The notes below the pieces were generated by a model. It made no database searches, was not told where the DNA came from, and worked only from the letters and a program-made list of their open reading frames with translations. From Octopus vulgaris (lineage: Eukaryota): 64,000 bases of DNA. Location of the stretch: assembly GCA_951406725.2 (NCBI GenBank), contig OX597822.1:52576001-52640000 (forward strand), read 5' to 3'. The position numbers and the translations under genes are program-made. Each line of letters begins with the position of its first letter. Position 1 is the first letter of the stretch. Below, piece after piece: positions 40,532-54,061 of the stretch.

Positions 40532-40916
40532 TGTGTGTGTTTGTGTGTCTGTGTTTGTCCCTTAGCATTGCTTGACGACCGATGCTGGTGTGTTTATGTC
40601 CCCGTTACTTAGCGGTTCGGCAAAAGAGACCGATAGAATAAGTACTGGGCTTACAAAAGAATAAGACCCGGGGTCGAGTTGCTCGATTAAAGGTGGTGCT
40701 CCAGCATGGCCGCAGTCAAATGACTGAAACAAGTAAAAGAGTAAAAAGTAATAATAATAATAATTAACAACAACAACAACGAAAAATACCTTAGGAGTGA
40801 GAACCCAGGTTCGAAATTTCCCTAAGACACCTGATGAAGGCTGGAGGGTATATCAGCCGAAACACTGTGTTAACAACAAACAAGATGAGGACAAATATCC
40901 GTCAATTGTAAATAAT
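40117..40916 (+). mobile_element. tRNA-headed, hammerhead-bearing short retroelement with inverted 5' copy of its 3' end (interrupted by SINE A)
   Basis: A box TGGCATAGTGG and B box GAGTTCGATTC (40213-40286); (AAT)n; hammerhead core at 40826-40871; 40150-40204 is the reverse complement of 40860-40916. Confidence 0.7.
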
Positions 40917-41412
40917 ATAAATAGCTGGAATATTTGCTGCTAAAACAGGCAAAAGATGATCTACTCATCTTTGCCTTTATTTTTTTTAACCAGAGAACAA
41001 TAGATGGTTTAAGGGTACTCCTGCTCTGCTTACAATCTAATATCAGTTGCAAATGAGGATTGATAGTTAGGGGAGTTGATCAATAAAACAAGACACTAAT
41101 TAAGTACCTCACTCTTGTAAGTTCAAACAAAACCCAAATTTATACTAACTTCCTGTAGCGCCAGAGAATAAATGCTGACCATGTATCGAGATCAATATAA
41201 TTGATTGAATCCCTCAATTATATTGATCATATACACTCTTTATAATAATTTCTTTCTGTCATAAGTCCAATGAAAAAATATTCAAATTAATAGATGAGAT
41301 GGATTTAAAAAAATTTTTTTTTTACATTTTAGTCCTGGGAAAAGAAACTGTACCCTTTCTCCATGCCCTTTGCAGACCTTTCCATACTGTTGAAATCAAT
41401 GTGATTGATATT

Positions 41413-41649
41413 AAGGCGGCGAGCTGGCAGAACCTTTAGCACGCTGGACGAAATGCTTAGCAGTATTTCGTCTGCCGTTACGTTGTGAGTGAGTTCAAAT
41501 TCCGCTGTGGTCGACTTTACCTTTCATTCTTTCAGGGTTGATAAATTAAGTACCAGTTACACACTGGGGTCGATGTAATCAACTTAATCCGTTTGTCTGT
41601 CCTTGTTTGTCCACTCTATGTTTAGCCCCTTGTGGGTAGTAAAGAAATA
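41413..41649 (+). mobile_element. tRNA-derived SINE, family D
   Basis: 21 bp TSD GAAATCAATGTG(A/G)TTGATATT; partial relative at about 54200-54400. Confidence 0.85.
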
Positions 41650-42636
41650 GAAATCAATGTGGTTGATATTCAGTTTTAATTTCCACTTGGTTGATGCCTG
41701 CAAGGAAAATATAGGCATCTACTGAGGTAGAATCATATGTCCACAGTTGTCCTAATGTGCCTGGAAAACAAAATGGAAAACAGGTTGTCTTTTCCATCAT
41801 AGCAAGCATATCAATCAGTTCTAGAGACATCTTGATTCTTGAGACTATCTCTCCTCTTATTCAGACTTGGTTGCAACTGCCACCTGGTGTTTATTTACTA
41901 TTTCTCAGAGCAAAGATAATTTCAATAAATTAAGAATTTATGTTGTATATTTGGTATACTGGGAGACATTGCCAGTTCAAGATAATCTCAACAGGCTGAC
42001 TGCACATCCATCAGATAACCTGATGAAAGTGCTATCAGCTGGGTTTGTCCAAGATATGCACAGAGTAATGAAATTCAAACCATTGATCATTGAATTATTT
42101 TCCTTAACTCATTTTTGTTTTAATTACACAATAACACGGAATTGGTTAGGTAGTTCCGAAGAGCTTGCAGTTCTAGATAAAGTTTAAGAGAGCAAAGAAT
42201 AAAAAAAATATAAAGTGGTGTGATTTGTGTCATAGGATGAAGAGTTAGGAGTAGTTAGTGTGATATTGAGAGCATGAAATGGATGTATCAGGTTGGCTTG
42301 AGTTTTGGACTTTGGACTCTGGCTTTAACCCTTTAGTGTTTAAACCGGCCAAATCCGGCCCAATATATTCTATATGTTTTATATTCAAACTGGCGATATC
42401 TAGCCTCTCACTCCTAACCTACAATGCCATTCTGAAAATAAACAATCACATCATTGAAACCTCAAAGCTATAAGATAATGCATGATTAATTCAAAACAAT
42501 TTGAGTGAAAAAGTATTACATTTAACAGAGTATTCTGAACACTAAAGGGTTAAGCTTTGAGGTTAGAGCTTTGGGCTCAGTAAGTAAATGGGACATCATT
42601 GATTGATGATGAATTTATTATCCTTGCTTCTTCCAG

Positions 42637-42808
42637 TGCAATTCCATAATTTCAAGTCAGACCAGTGTGTCAGAGAATATTTTACCAATGATAACACCCA
42701 GCACCATACAACTCAACTGTGGTAGCAGTAAGCAATCAATCTCGCACATCACTATGTCAATGGGGACCAATTTCAATGATGTAACACAGACAGAGAATCA
42801 AGAAAAAC
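42637..42808 (+). CDS. LRRC9: LRRC9 exon 15 (low-complexity tail)
   Basis: Open frame between TTCCAG and GTAAGA, phase 0 in, S/T-rich; no recognisable motif. Confidence 0.65.
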
Positions 42809-43638
42809 GTAAGACAGAATTGTTTTTTTTTTATCATCTGGAGTGTTTCTATCAGCCATTTTAACCCTTTTGATACCAACCCGGCTGAAACCGGCTCTGG
42901 CTCTGAGTACAAATGTCTTGTTTTCATAAGTTTTGAATTAAAATCTCCCACCAAACTTTAGTCACAATTTATGTTCCTAACACTAGCTGAATGATAACTA
43001 AGTTATTTTACTGAATTCTTTCTTATATTTAAAATAATTGAAAGAAACACAGAGCATCTCAACAGAAATACAGTAATGAAAGGGTTAACCTTCATATGCT
43101 TGTTAAGCTTTCAATCATTCTTCAGTGACAAGTCAAGCTCTGATCAGACAAATCTTTGACCAAGGGCATTCTAACCATGGCCACCCCATCTTTTCAGACA
43201 TAGAGTATCTCAAACTATATGACCCAATATAGGCTTCTGACCATTTTTTAAAAAAGAGAAAGAAAAACACCACTAAAATTAGGATTTGACAGTTTTGATT
43301 TTCATATCAGAATTTTTTCAGTTTTACCCCACATACTACATATCTTGAAAGTCCCCCTTTTCATTGCATTGGCTGTTTTCACATGACCATATATAGACTG
43401 CTATCTTTTCAGTGATATGACTCATCATTATTTCAATACCCAATGCTGCACTGTAGAATTGAACCAGAAACCACATGAACTATGCATGTAAATACAGAGT
43501 GTAAACTCACCACCAGCCAAAGTCGAATTTGCCTTTCATCCTTTTGGAGTCGATAAAATAAGTACCAGTTGAGCACTGGAGTTAATGTAATTGACTTAAC
43601 TCCTCCCCGAAATTACTGGCCTTGTGTCAAAATTTGAA

Positions 43639-43670
<32 letters not shown>

Positions 43671-44019
43671 GCAGTAGTTGTAGTAGTAGCAGTAGCAGTG
43701 ACAGCAGTAGGATCATCCTGAGTCAGGTGTTATTGGACAAGCCTATGGTGCATGCAGGTAGTGAGTTGAACAACTGAGTGTGACCTGCAGTTGTTTTATT
43801 AACTCCAGTTCCAGTTCACCTCCTGATCCAACAGGCACATAATCAAAACTTGTTCCATCAATTCTTTTTTCTTTTTTTTTTTTTTTGGGATCTGTTTCAG
43901 ACATTTTACAGCATTATACATGTTCTTCCTTTTCTAAAAGAAAACCAAAAAAGAACAGCAGAATGTATTTAGAGAAAAATTTGACTGTTACTTTTAGCAG
44001 ATAGTGTGACCACTTAAAG

Positions 44020-44709
44020 GAGGGGTAGGGAAACTTTTTAGTGCAGCAGGCAAAAATTTCCAAAGTAAAAGGTCCACAGGCAGATCACAAGTTCTAACTC
44101 TTATATCTGTGTAAACCTTGTATGTATCTATGTATATATACATTGATAAAGATAAGTTTAACACATTAAATTAATGTGTAACATCTTCATTAACGCCGTC
44201 ACTGAATTTAGGGCGTTTATATTACTTTTGAGGTATTCATGTTTTTCAGATAATGTAGTTGGGTCTCAAGGGGGCGGTACAAACCTAGTAATGTATGTTT
44301 TATAGTAAAAATAAAATTTCCTTTCAAATGACAATTACCGGTCGATTTTTCTGTTCAATCATAGTAGAAACGCAACCTATGTTGAAAATAGGCATAGGAA
44401 TCATCATCATCGTTTAGCATCCGCTTTCCATGCTAGCATGGGTTGGACAGTGCAACTGGGGTCTGGGAAGCCAGAAGGCTGCACCAGGCCCAGTCTGATC
44501 TGGCAATGTTTCTACGGCTGGATGCCCTTCCTAACGCCAACCACTCCATGAGTGTAGTGGGTGCTTTTTACGTGCCACCGGCACAGGTGCCAGACGAGGC
44601 TATTGAATAAATTTTATAATTGAAAAATTTACTATATTTTGTACATACAAGTATACCAGCCTGCAGGCGCAATAAAATGGGCTTGTGGGCGCAGGATTCC
44701 CCACCCCTG
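44020..44709. mobile_element. Non-autonomous hAT (Charlie/Buster-like) element with nested SINE B
   Basis: (G)AGGGGTAGGGAA / TTCCCCACCCCTG termini; 8 bp TSD ACTTAAAG. Confidence 0.82.
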
Positions 44710-45537
44710 ACTTAAAGGCTTCTCATTGGCTGCTGCTGCTGCTGGTAGTAGTAGTAATAGGAGGAGGGGAAGCAGCAGCAGCTGTTTTCTTCTTCTTCTT
44801 CTTCTTCTTCTTCTCCTTCCAGTCAGGACTCATGCTATTAGCCATAAAGAATAATCTCTAATTCGAGCCTACTCTTAACTACTAAGAATGCATGTGGCAA
44901 CTTGAAGATCCACCCACCACACGCGATAGACTGGTGGTTGCACGAAAGCTACATTGTTATCCTCATTCCGTAAACGGAACCATAATGGGGTAGAGAGGAT
45001 TTGCAATCTAGACTAGGGTCTGGAAGTTTACCACACCATAGTGGGTTACACCATGGTGCCTCTGCTTTGTGGCAGAAGTAGGAAGAAAGAGTGAGAGAAA
45101 GTTGTGGTGAAAGAGTACAGCGGGGTTCACCACCAGCCCCTGCCGGAGCCTCGTGGAGCTTAGGTGTTTTTGCTCAATAAACACTCACAATGCCCAGTCT
45201 GGGAATCGAAACCGCGTTCTTATGACCGCGAGTCCGCTGCCCTAACCACTGGGTCATTGCACCTCCACACAGCAGTTGTTGTCATTGATGTTCTTGATAA
45301 CTCAAGTTTAGTCTTGCTGGAAGTTCACTGTGCCCATTCTGTATTTGTTTTTTAGAGAAACAGCATTTAGAACTACATTATCCACTGTGTCCATCCCTTT
45401 TTAAGACAATAGAATGTGATTTGAGGGAAATTAGAGAGCATCTCTAGCATGCTATGTGCCTACTAAAAGGTTTGTTTCTGTTGTCTGTACACCCATCCAC
45501 AATATAATTCATCTGACTTTCCATTTATCGTTTTCAG

Positions 45538-45542
45538 ACTAA
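45538..45542 (+). CDS. LRRC9: Probable LRRC9 terminal exon (His + TAA), followed by a 3' UTR
   Basis: CTGAC branch-like site plus TTTTCAG; C|AC TAA completes the phase-1 codon; unique AT-rich sequence follows. Confidence 0.5.
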
Positions 45543-45853
45543 ACTGGACTCACTGTTGTTAGCTTAAAAAACTGAAACTACCAAAGCAAGCTTAAAAATT
45601 TTTACTTTCCTTTGGCCTTTTTGAAACAGCAACCAACTTTTAAGAATATTTCTACCAACAAGCATTAGTAAAGTCTCTATCAGCAAAAACAAGAAATTGA
45701 AAACTTATTGAAGAACTTAAAACAATTTTCATTTGAAAATTTTATTTTTGTTAATATCTATTAGTATTCATGCCAGAAATCCTGTAATGTATAGACAGGT
45801 ATCATTAAATTAACAGTATTATGTGTAATTTATAATAACAACATCACAGCTGT

Positions 45854-45859
45854 AATAAA
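45854..45859 (+). promoter_or_regulatory. Candidate polyadenylation signal of LRRC9
   Basis: AATAAA about 310 nt after the putative stop codon. Confidence 0.4.
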
Positions 45860-47029
45860 ATGATTTATATATATATATATGTATGTCTTTTATCTATTAC
45901 TTATTTCAGCCATGCTGGGGCACTACCTTGAATTTTTTACTGAATGAATTTTTTTAAAAGTCTGGTATTTATTCTAACAGTCTTTTTTTTTGCCGAAATG
46001 ATAAGTTACAGGGACTAAACAAACCATCACCGGTTGGATGGTCTTTGATGATTGTCTTCTAAGTTTATGGAGCAAGGGAGCAGTGGAGAAGAGTGGCCTT
46101 GAGCTGGTCTTGGAAACAGAATTTGGAGGCTCCATATGGTCTGGCGCCTAAGACTAACTCCACTAAGAGGAGTTGACAAAGGAGGCGAGGCGGCATATCT
46201 GAGACATAAGTATGATGTGTGTCCCAACCAGCGGAGGCTGTGTTGTGCTATGGTAGCTTCAATGTCGACAGTCTGGGCTGGAGTAGAACCTCTTCATTGG
46301 TAATATAGTCCTTCCATCAAATCCTCATGGTTCTGTGAAGTTTGTGCTGTCGGAAACATTCTATTTTCTTCAAGTCATGTTGATATAGCAGCTGTCTCAC
46401 ACACATATATATATGGGAGAAAGGAAAATAGATAGACATACAGACAGATAGAAAGAAACACATATAGACAGGGTCTTTCAAAAGTCCTTTTAGCATTAAA
46501 TGATATGAAATTTTTTGTTTTTATTCTGTTAAAGTTCTATTTTTATCTATTTTTAAAGCTATTTTTGTTATTTCATTCTGAATATCTTTTCACACACACA
46601 TATTTTCATAAGATGAAGATGTGAGAACAGCACAATATAGTGCTAATCCTGTTCAATTGTCCAGGTATATCTTGTTCAACTGTATTGTGTGGTCTGAGCA
46701 GTTGTCAGTATGAAAAGCAAGGCAGTAAGACCAACAATACTGGAATGCCCAAGCTATAGCAGTCAATGTTTAGACTGGAACTGCAGTGTTAATAAAGGCA
46801 CTTGGGAGGTAGATGAAGGCTCTGGTGAGGTGGAAGTGTATAGTGAAGGGAGAGAAAACTTATACATTAATAAACTCAACTAGCCTCAGTTGCTGACTAA
46901 CTTATAATAAAAAATAATAATAATGAGCTTATTGTGTAGTGTTCAGGTGCACTACAACTCATTAGGAAAAGTAACCAAAATTGCATGAACAGCGCATAGA
47001 ATATACACAGAAAGTGAACGGTGAATAAG

Positions 47030-47690
47030 TCTTCAAAAAAAAAAATGGAGGTGGGGGCATCAGATATACTGTTGGCAAATTTTACAAAACATGGACATTT
47101 TGAAGGATGTAGTGTCTTGTCAGCTAACAACTGATGCAGGTAGTTTATTCCATGCTTCAACGATTCTGAGCATGAAAAAATGTTTTTGAAATTCATGGGT
47201 GCTGTGTTGATTTTTGATTTTGTATGCCTGTCCATGGGTGTTAAACATATGGAATTCAAAAAGGTGCCCAAAGATATTGTTCAAAAGATGGTGGATAATC
47301 TTGTGAGCGTCTACCAAGTCAGTTGCTTGACACTGGAACTTTAATGTGTCCATGCCCAGGGAAGAAAGGCATTCGAAGTATGGTAGATGCCTGACAGTGG
47401 TATTTGGTTGCATGTTTCTGAACAGCTGTCAGGAGATTGAAATGCCAAGCAAGATAGAGGTTCAAGACTGGTGATGCAAACTCTAAGTATGGATGTAGCT
47501 TTGAATAGATAGCTGGAGAGTGGCTGACAAAGGTCTTACTGAGTGATCCTAAAACACCCTCAGCCTTCTTGACAGTCTTGGAGATGTGGTTTGTCCAATG
47601 CAGATTGCTGTTGACAATAATACACAGGTCAAGTTCACCAACAGACTTCTCCAGATTGTTGTTGTTGAGGAAGTATATAAAAGCTAGGTC
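47030..47690 (-). mobile_element. CR1/L2-group LINE 3' fragment
   Basis: DLVDAHKII...NTHGQAYKI...FFMLRIVEAWNKLPASVVS, typical CR1 ORF2 C-terminus. Confidence 0.75.
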
Positions 47691-48316
47691 TTTTTTTCCC
47701 TCTCAGAGATCAAAGGGGAGATAAATGACATTTGCTTCGTTAATTTTACATTGAGATAAGAACTTTGGGATAAATTGGCCAACAATTGGAATTCAACTTG
47801 AGACTGGAACAATAGAATGATTGCATTACAGAATTAATTCTCATCTGTCCTTAACCTCTGATCAAACACCAACGGGGCACATAGTCATTTTAGACGTATT
47901 ATAGTCATGCTATTTAGCTCCGCAGGAACAAGCTTAAAAGTCCACACAGAGTGCAGCTTTTAAGCTAGTATGTAAATATGAGTCATGTGTCTATGTGTTT
48001 GCCTTGGGTCCAGAAAATAACACTTAAAAATATAATCTGAACATCTTTAGGAAAACAAATTTGTGAATTTCAAAAACCACTAAAAAGTCATCAGTTGGGA
48101 ATTAGATATTCTAAGATATGTAAGGGAATCTTTAAAAAAATATATGCATGCTTACACACGTACATACATAACTACTTGTACAGCAGTGGAGAGGTGAGAC
48201 AAGCACAGAAACAAAAACATGCATACACATACATACATATATCAAAATGTGACCGCATGTGTACCGTTGGCGATTTTTCCTTCATCTTCCCTTCCTTGGA
48301 TATTTTCTTTTCCTAT

Positions 48317-48350
48317 GTTTCTGACGAAGCGCTCCGCTCGAAATGTTAAA
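48317..48350 (+). ncRNA. Minimal hammerhead-ribozyme-like motif
   Basis: GTTT-CTGACGA-A-GCGC TCC GCTC-GAAA-TGTT-AAA (one stem II mismatch; likely CpG decay of GAAACGTT). Confidence 0.55.
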
Positions 48351-48572
48351 TCCTCCTTCTTTCTTTCCTTCCTGAGCATCCAATAACACTATACTTGTTC
48401 CACGTCCTCGCATTATTGTGTTTTCATGTTTGGATCTGTATTTTTTAGAAATTTCTGTCGACCTTATTCAAGTAGCGTGCTTATTGTGATAAATTATATG
48501 GTTATGGACAAAGTGTCTAATTTCGGCATATTTGGCACTAGAAAATTTTTTCGTTTGCCCTCATTTATAAGT

Positions 48573-48608
<36 letters not shown>

Positions 48609-49265
48609 GCTTATATACTCCTACACAGTCCCCAATGCATTGGTTGACTCAGGACTTTAGAAGACACTTGCCCAAGGTGCTATACAGTAGGATTGAATCC
48701 AAACCACACTGTTGCAAAATGAGCTTCTTATCAACGCTGTTGTATGCATTTGTGTATGTAGGTACTTATGTATATAGGTATGCATACATGTATGTATGTT
48801 CCCTTTCTCTTTTTAATTTTTACATTAAATTTTGACCAGTCACTTACATGGTAGCAAGGTTGTGAAGGAAAGTATCTCCTTTTAACCAGCATCCTTCAAA
48901 TGTTAATATTTTTATAGTGAATATGTATGTATGTTATGTGTATGTATGCTTGTATTTATGTGTGTGTGTATGTATGTAGAGTCCTCTGCCTAATGATGTA
49001 ACATTATAGGTATATACTATAAATGCTCAGGCTGGTTTACCACTAAAACTCTGGCTTGAATTGCAACTAAAACAAAGGTGGTGTTGTATCGGTCTAACAA
49101 TGAATGGTTATAATTGGGTCACCACTGAGTGGATAGACAGAGATTAGAAAGAGAGAATGAACAACCAAAATATGTGATATCACTTTAGAGTATGTAATTT
49201 ATAATTTGAACATAATTGCAGATTTATTAGAGTAAATGAGGGGTTAGAAAATAATGGGAAAAGTT

Positions 49266-49645
49266 TCTTACAGCTGTTTCTAGAATAGCTGTGATTATGG
49301 TTCATAGGTCATTGAGTAAATATTTACATATACGCCAGCTATACTCTCCTCAGAGAGGAAGAATTAAGGAATATCTTTAATAAGGATATTAGTAGTTACA
49401 TATGTTTGTATGTATGTATGCACCCAGCTCATTACAGTGGTTCAGGCCAGATACTTTCTTCCAAATGAAGTATGCCTCTGTGATCCTGAAGTTAACTACA
49501 TCCATCCCCTTCAGTAGTATCCTGGTGTTTGAACATGTCGCTGGGTGGTATGGTTTGTGGAGATGTTCCTTCACACTAAGGGGAAGTTGTCTTCTGGTCA
49601 ATCTTATGTATGTCAGTCACTCCACAAGAGCACATCAGTTGGCAC
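49266..49645 (-). mobile_element. Penelope GIY-YIG endonuclease 3' fragment followed by hammerhead motif
   Basis: CSCG../TYIRLTRRQLPLSVKEHL...ITEAYFIWKKVSGLN; TCT-CTGAGGA...GAAACAGCTGTA-AGA at 49356-49266. Confidence 0.72.
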
Positions 49646-50792
49646 ACCCCATTGGATTTAAAACACAGCCAGATGCTATGCAGTCATTGTGTTGTTCTGA
49701 TTGGATGGTGGTTTAGATAGTGTGTATCCAGTGTATCATTGGTGTGTAAGATGTAGTGTCTGAGCATGTTGCCCTGTTTTGTGGTTATGACAGGGAGACC
49801 AGATCTCTTGTTGCTGCTTGTTCTCTAGTTTCTCTATAGTAACATAGACTCAGTGTTTACTCTTCTGTTTCTTACTTCTGTCACGATTGATGTTGTCACA
49901 TTGGTTGTTGTTGATGCTGTTGTTATCATCGTCACCAGCTCATTGGTCATTGTTGTCACTGCTGTTGCTGTTGAGCGAACGGTCTTCGTCCCAGAGCTCG
50001 CAAGATGGGAGAAGTCCGAAACGTGGTCTTTTGCTATTCATAGGACCCGCAAAAGAGAAAGCAGGTCAACCCCCAACACCGAGAGCATCGACGGATGGAT
50101 GAATGTGCATCTAGGCTCAGCGGTTGCGTAGGAAGTCGGGGACGAGAAAGTTGGGGCGAAAGAGTACAACAGGAGTCGCCACCACCCCCTGCCGGAGTCT
50201 CGTGGAGCTTTAGGTGTTTTCACTCAATAAACACAACGCCCGGTCTGGGAATCGAAACCGTGATCCTCCGACTGCGAGTCCACCGCCCTAACCACTGGGC
50301 CATTGCGCCTCCACTCCTGTTGCTGTTATTGTGGTGGTTGTTCTCTCATCACCAGCTTATCGACCATTCATGGCATCAGTAATGAATTAAAAGCAATGCT
50401 AGAGTTGTAAACATTATCAAGCTGCTTGTTCTCAATGAATGTATTTTGCTTGTTTACTGGTTCGCTACAACAAAGCATTTGATGACTCCCTCTTAACACT
50501 GGGTGTTAAAATACCTGAAAGTCACAGGTAGTTGAGACAATGTACCTCAGATCCCATTTAGAAGTGATGGATACTGATATTTCACCATTTTTGTGGCTTA
50601 TCAACATCACATACCTGAATCAAACCAGGGACAGACTGAATTGCCAGTCTATGACTATATATAGTGTCTAAGACTTTCAGGTGTTTTAACATCCAGTGCA
50701 ATGAGGGAGATGTCCTTCAGGCAATTTACTGCAGTGAACCGGCGAACAAATAAAACACATCAAGTGTGTGCAATCAATGATATACAACAGAT

Positions 50793-51395
50793 AAGACTTA
50801 TATTGGATTATGTGAAGGAGAATTTAAAAATTGCTATGCCAATCACATAAGGACAAAAGCAAAGGTACTAAGTTGGCTAAATAAAAAAAGGAGAAAGAAA
50901 GTTGGCCAAATAAAAAAAGGAGAAAGAAAAAATGCACTCAACACCAGAGCTGAAGACACCACATGTGATTCAGTAAAAAATAATTGAGAAATCCATACCT
51001 TATGTTAATGGATTGAATAAATGTAGGCTTTGTTTAGCAGATAGAGTGCAGATCCTGTTCAGATCTAAGATCCCTAACTTTCTATTGAACTTTAGGTCTG
51101 AAATTTTCAGCAATTGCAAGTATATGTATATATTTTGAAGAATTGAAAAATTCCACCTATTCCTGATTAACTTGTTGATATCTTTCCAGCCTTAGCATTT
51201 AAAGTCTAAGGAGGATAACTCTTTTGCCTTTTTACTTTTCACATTTTAATTCATGTTTTTGGTTTCTGTTTGTTTTTTAACCTTCTACAGTTTTTTTTTG
51301 CATTTCTTCTCTAATGTTTTTAGTTCATTATATGTGATTTGTGCCTGATGAATATATTGGAGACATTTCCCAACAGATGAAACTATTAAAGACAT
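50793..51395 (+). mobile_element. Penelope (Neptune-like) GIY-YIG 3' fragment followed by degenerate hammerhead motif
   Basis: KTYIGLCEGEFKNCYANH...PYVNGLNKCRLCL...LLNFRSEIFSNCK; CTGATGA-ATATATTGG/CCAACAGAT-GAAA at 51345-51382. Confidence 0.72.
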
Positions 51396-52206
51396 GTATT
51401 GTGTCCTTTAAATAAATAATATATATCTCTTACCAGATTGAGTATGTTTTTTGTTGAATTTTCTATCATGGAACAGTACATTATATATCTACACAGTTTG
51501 GGCATAAGTTATTTGTTACAGATTTTATTTCCTGTGAATTTAATGTTAGGGTCACTATAAAAGGCTGTAAGCAGTTGGCTGTTTTACAGTGGTCGGTAGG
51601 GGGGGGAGGGTTGCACACCTTTGGTAACTGCATTTGTTGCAGATGTTAAGAAGAGGTTGCTTGTTAGAAAGTGAAAGACATGCAATGTCCAAAAGGGAAA
51701 ACTGTTCCCTCATACTCCAAAGGGATTCTTATTTATACATGTTGGAAGATAAATGTAAGGCAGAGAACATTGGGAAGTAAATTAGCTAACCTATGTTAAC
51801 CTGTATTTAATCCAAGAATGTTCACTTAAACAATGGAACTAATCTAAGTTTGACAGTTGACCCTCACAAATTTCTAAGTGGTAATGTCGAAAACAAAGGA
51901 AAGGATCTGGTAGAAAAATCTAAACTACGATTTCGATTCCTAGCTAAGAATCCAAGAAACAATTTGTTTCATAGGCAACTGCAGTACACACACACACCAA
52001 CTCCAGTTATCTCTAACCTAGCCAATTTATAATCAAGGCATTCCATTTTTCAGTTATAATGCACACCAGACATCCAAGGTGTCCTTTAAAAAAAGATTTG
52101 GATTAAAAAAGACAGGATACCCACATTTGAAACATATAGTGGTCACAGTTGGAATGCTCATAAAAACTGAATTATTGTTTGAAGGGAATAAAAATGGAAT
52201 GGTGAC

Positions 52207-52758
52207 GGAAAGATTTCCGTCCGTCCCCACCCTATTTTCTCCCAAATTTGTTTATTTAAAAATGTTGGGTTTTTTTTGCCAAAAACCCCAGTTTTCGGAT
52301 ACAGAAGTTCCGGAATATTGCCAAAAATCGGCATTGTTAAATCTTTCCCCATCAAATTCTTCAATTTTTACTTTTTTCTCCAACACTAACCTTAACCCTA
52401 ACACCTTGAAACCATAACTGTAACTACAGAAATGATTTGAAATTTTTGTCCGAATCCATAATGTCCGTATTTTTCTACATATTTAGAAAAAAAAAATTCT
52501 TAAAAAAAATTTTACTAAAATTTTTGGAAATTTTTTTCAGAATCATAATCTTCGTATTTTTCCGCATATTTTGAAGAAAAAAATTCTGAAAAAAGTGAAA
52601 AATGAAGTAAAGGTGGGGGAGGGTAATTTAAAAATGCCGATTTTTGCTAATTTTTTTGCAAATTTGCATTCCCTGTAGCCGAAAAAGTGGGGTTTGTGTC
52701 GAAAAAATGATTTTTTTTAAAGGGTGGTTTGAGGTGGGGGACGGGTAGAAGTCTTGCC
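52207..52758. mobile_element. GG..CC MITE with imperfect TIR and near-8 bp TSD
   Basis: GGAAAGATTTCCGTCCGTCCCCACC versus reverse-complemented GGCAAGACTTCTACCCGTCCCCCACC; flanks ATGGTGAC / ATGCTGAC; CTAACCTTAACCCTAAC inside. Confidence 0.65.
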
Positions 52759-53902
52759 ATGCTGACATTTGAAATGTAGGGTGTTATAGTTAGAACGCTA
52801 TTAAAGACTGGATGGTCACAACCGGAACGCTTTGAAAAAAAAGATGAATGGTAAATTAGACGCATGCGCAAATGAATCAGATATGTTATTTTCTATTTTG
52901 AAACCTTTGTATGTCAGGTAATTTAAAGTACATGTCACATCAATAAGCTAGTCTGTCGGTCATCTATTTATGTTATCTATTAAGTAGCGTACTTGTATAA
53001 GAAAGATAAAGGTATTTAGAAAGATATAAAAGATATAAAAGTAGAAACATTACTAGGTATTTTCTAATTAAATCACAGGTATTTCTTAATTAACTATCAT
53101 CAAGACAGAAAAGTAGAATATTTGAAGATAAAACAACGAAAAGGTTACAATTAAAAACAACGAGAAGGAGCAAAGATAAAGACAAGAGAAAGTGAAAACG
53201 GTGAACATTGAAAATAGTCTCTTGCGGAATTTTATTTACTAGATTATCGTTTTCTCACTAATGATGTTATGCCACCAAAATTATGTACAATAATTAGTTT
53301 AGTAATAGTAAATTAATATACGTTAGTGCGTGTATTTATCTGGGGGTGGGGTGGAAATGACCGTTCCGAAATATAACAATAAATTAATATAGGCGCAGGA
53401 GTGGCTGTGTGGTAAGTAGCTTGCTAACCAACCACATGGTTCCGGGTTCAGTCCCACTGCGTGGCATCTTGGGCAAGTGTCTTCTGCTATAGCCCCGTGA
53501 GTGGATTTGGTAGACGAAAACTGAAAGAAGCCTGTCGTATATATGCATATATATATGTGTGTGTGTATATGTTTGTGTGTCTGTGTTTGTCCCCCTAGCA
53601 TTGCTTGACAACCGATGCTGGTGTGTTTATGTCCCCGTCACTTAGCGGTTCGGCAAAAGAGACCGTTAGAATAAGTACTGGGCTTACAAAGAATAAGTCC
53701 CGGGGTCGATTTGCTCGACTAAAGGCGGTGCTCCAGCATGGCCGCAGTCAAATGACTGAAACAAGTAAAAGAGTAAAGAGTATAGCTATCACGAAAGTCC
53801 GCTGATCAGAGATTCACACACCTTGTGAGATTGGTTTAGTAGTAAAAATGTATGTAACGGGACGACCGACAAGAATTCATAGATGTACATAAAAAAAAAG
53901 GT

Positions 53903-54061
53903 GGCGATCTTTCGGTATAAGTACACACGTGACTTTGTTTACATTTCTGAAGATAACAGAAACCCTTTTCTCCCACCACTAACCCTAACCCCCCATATAT
54001 AAAAAAAAACACTTTCTTGAAATGTATCCGGTACTTCTGGTACTTATACCGAAGTTACGCC
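53903..54061. mobile_element. Small GG..CC MITE
   Basis: 22 bp TIR GGCG....TTCGGTATAAGTAC; AAAAGGT flanks both sides; ACTAACCCTAACC inside. Confidence 0.65.
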
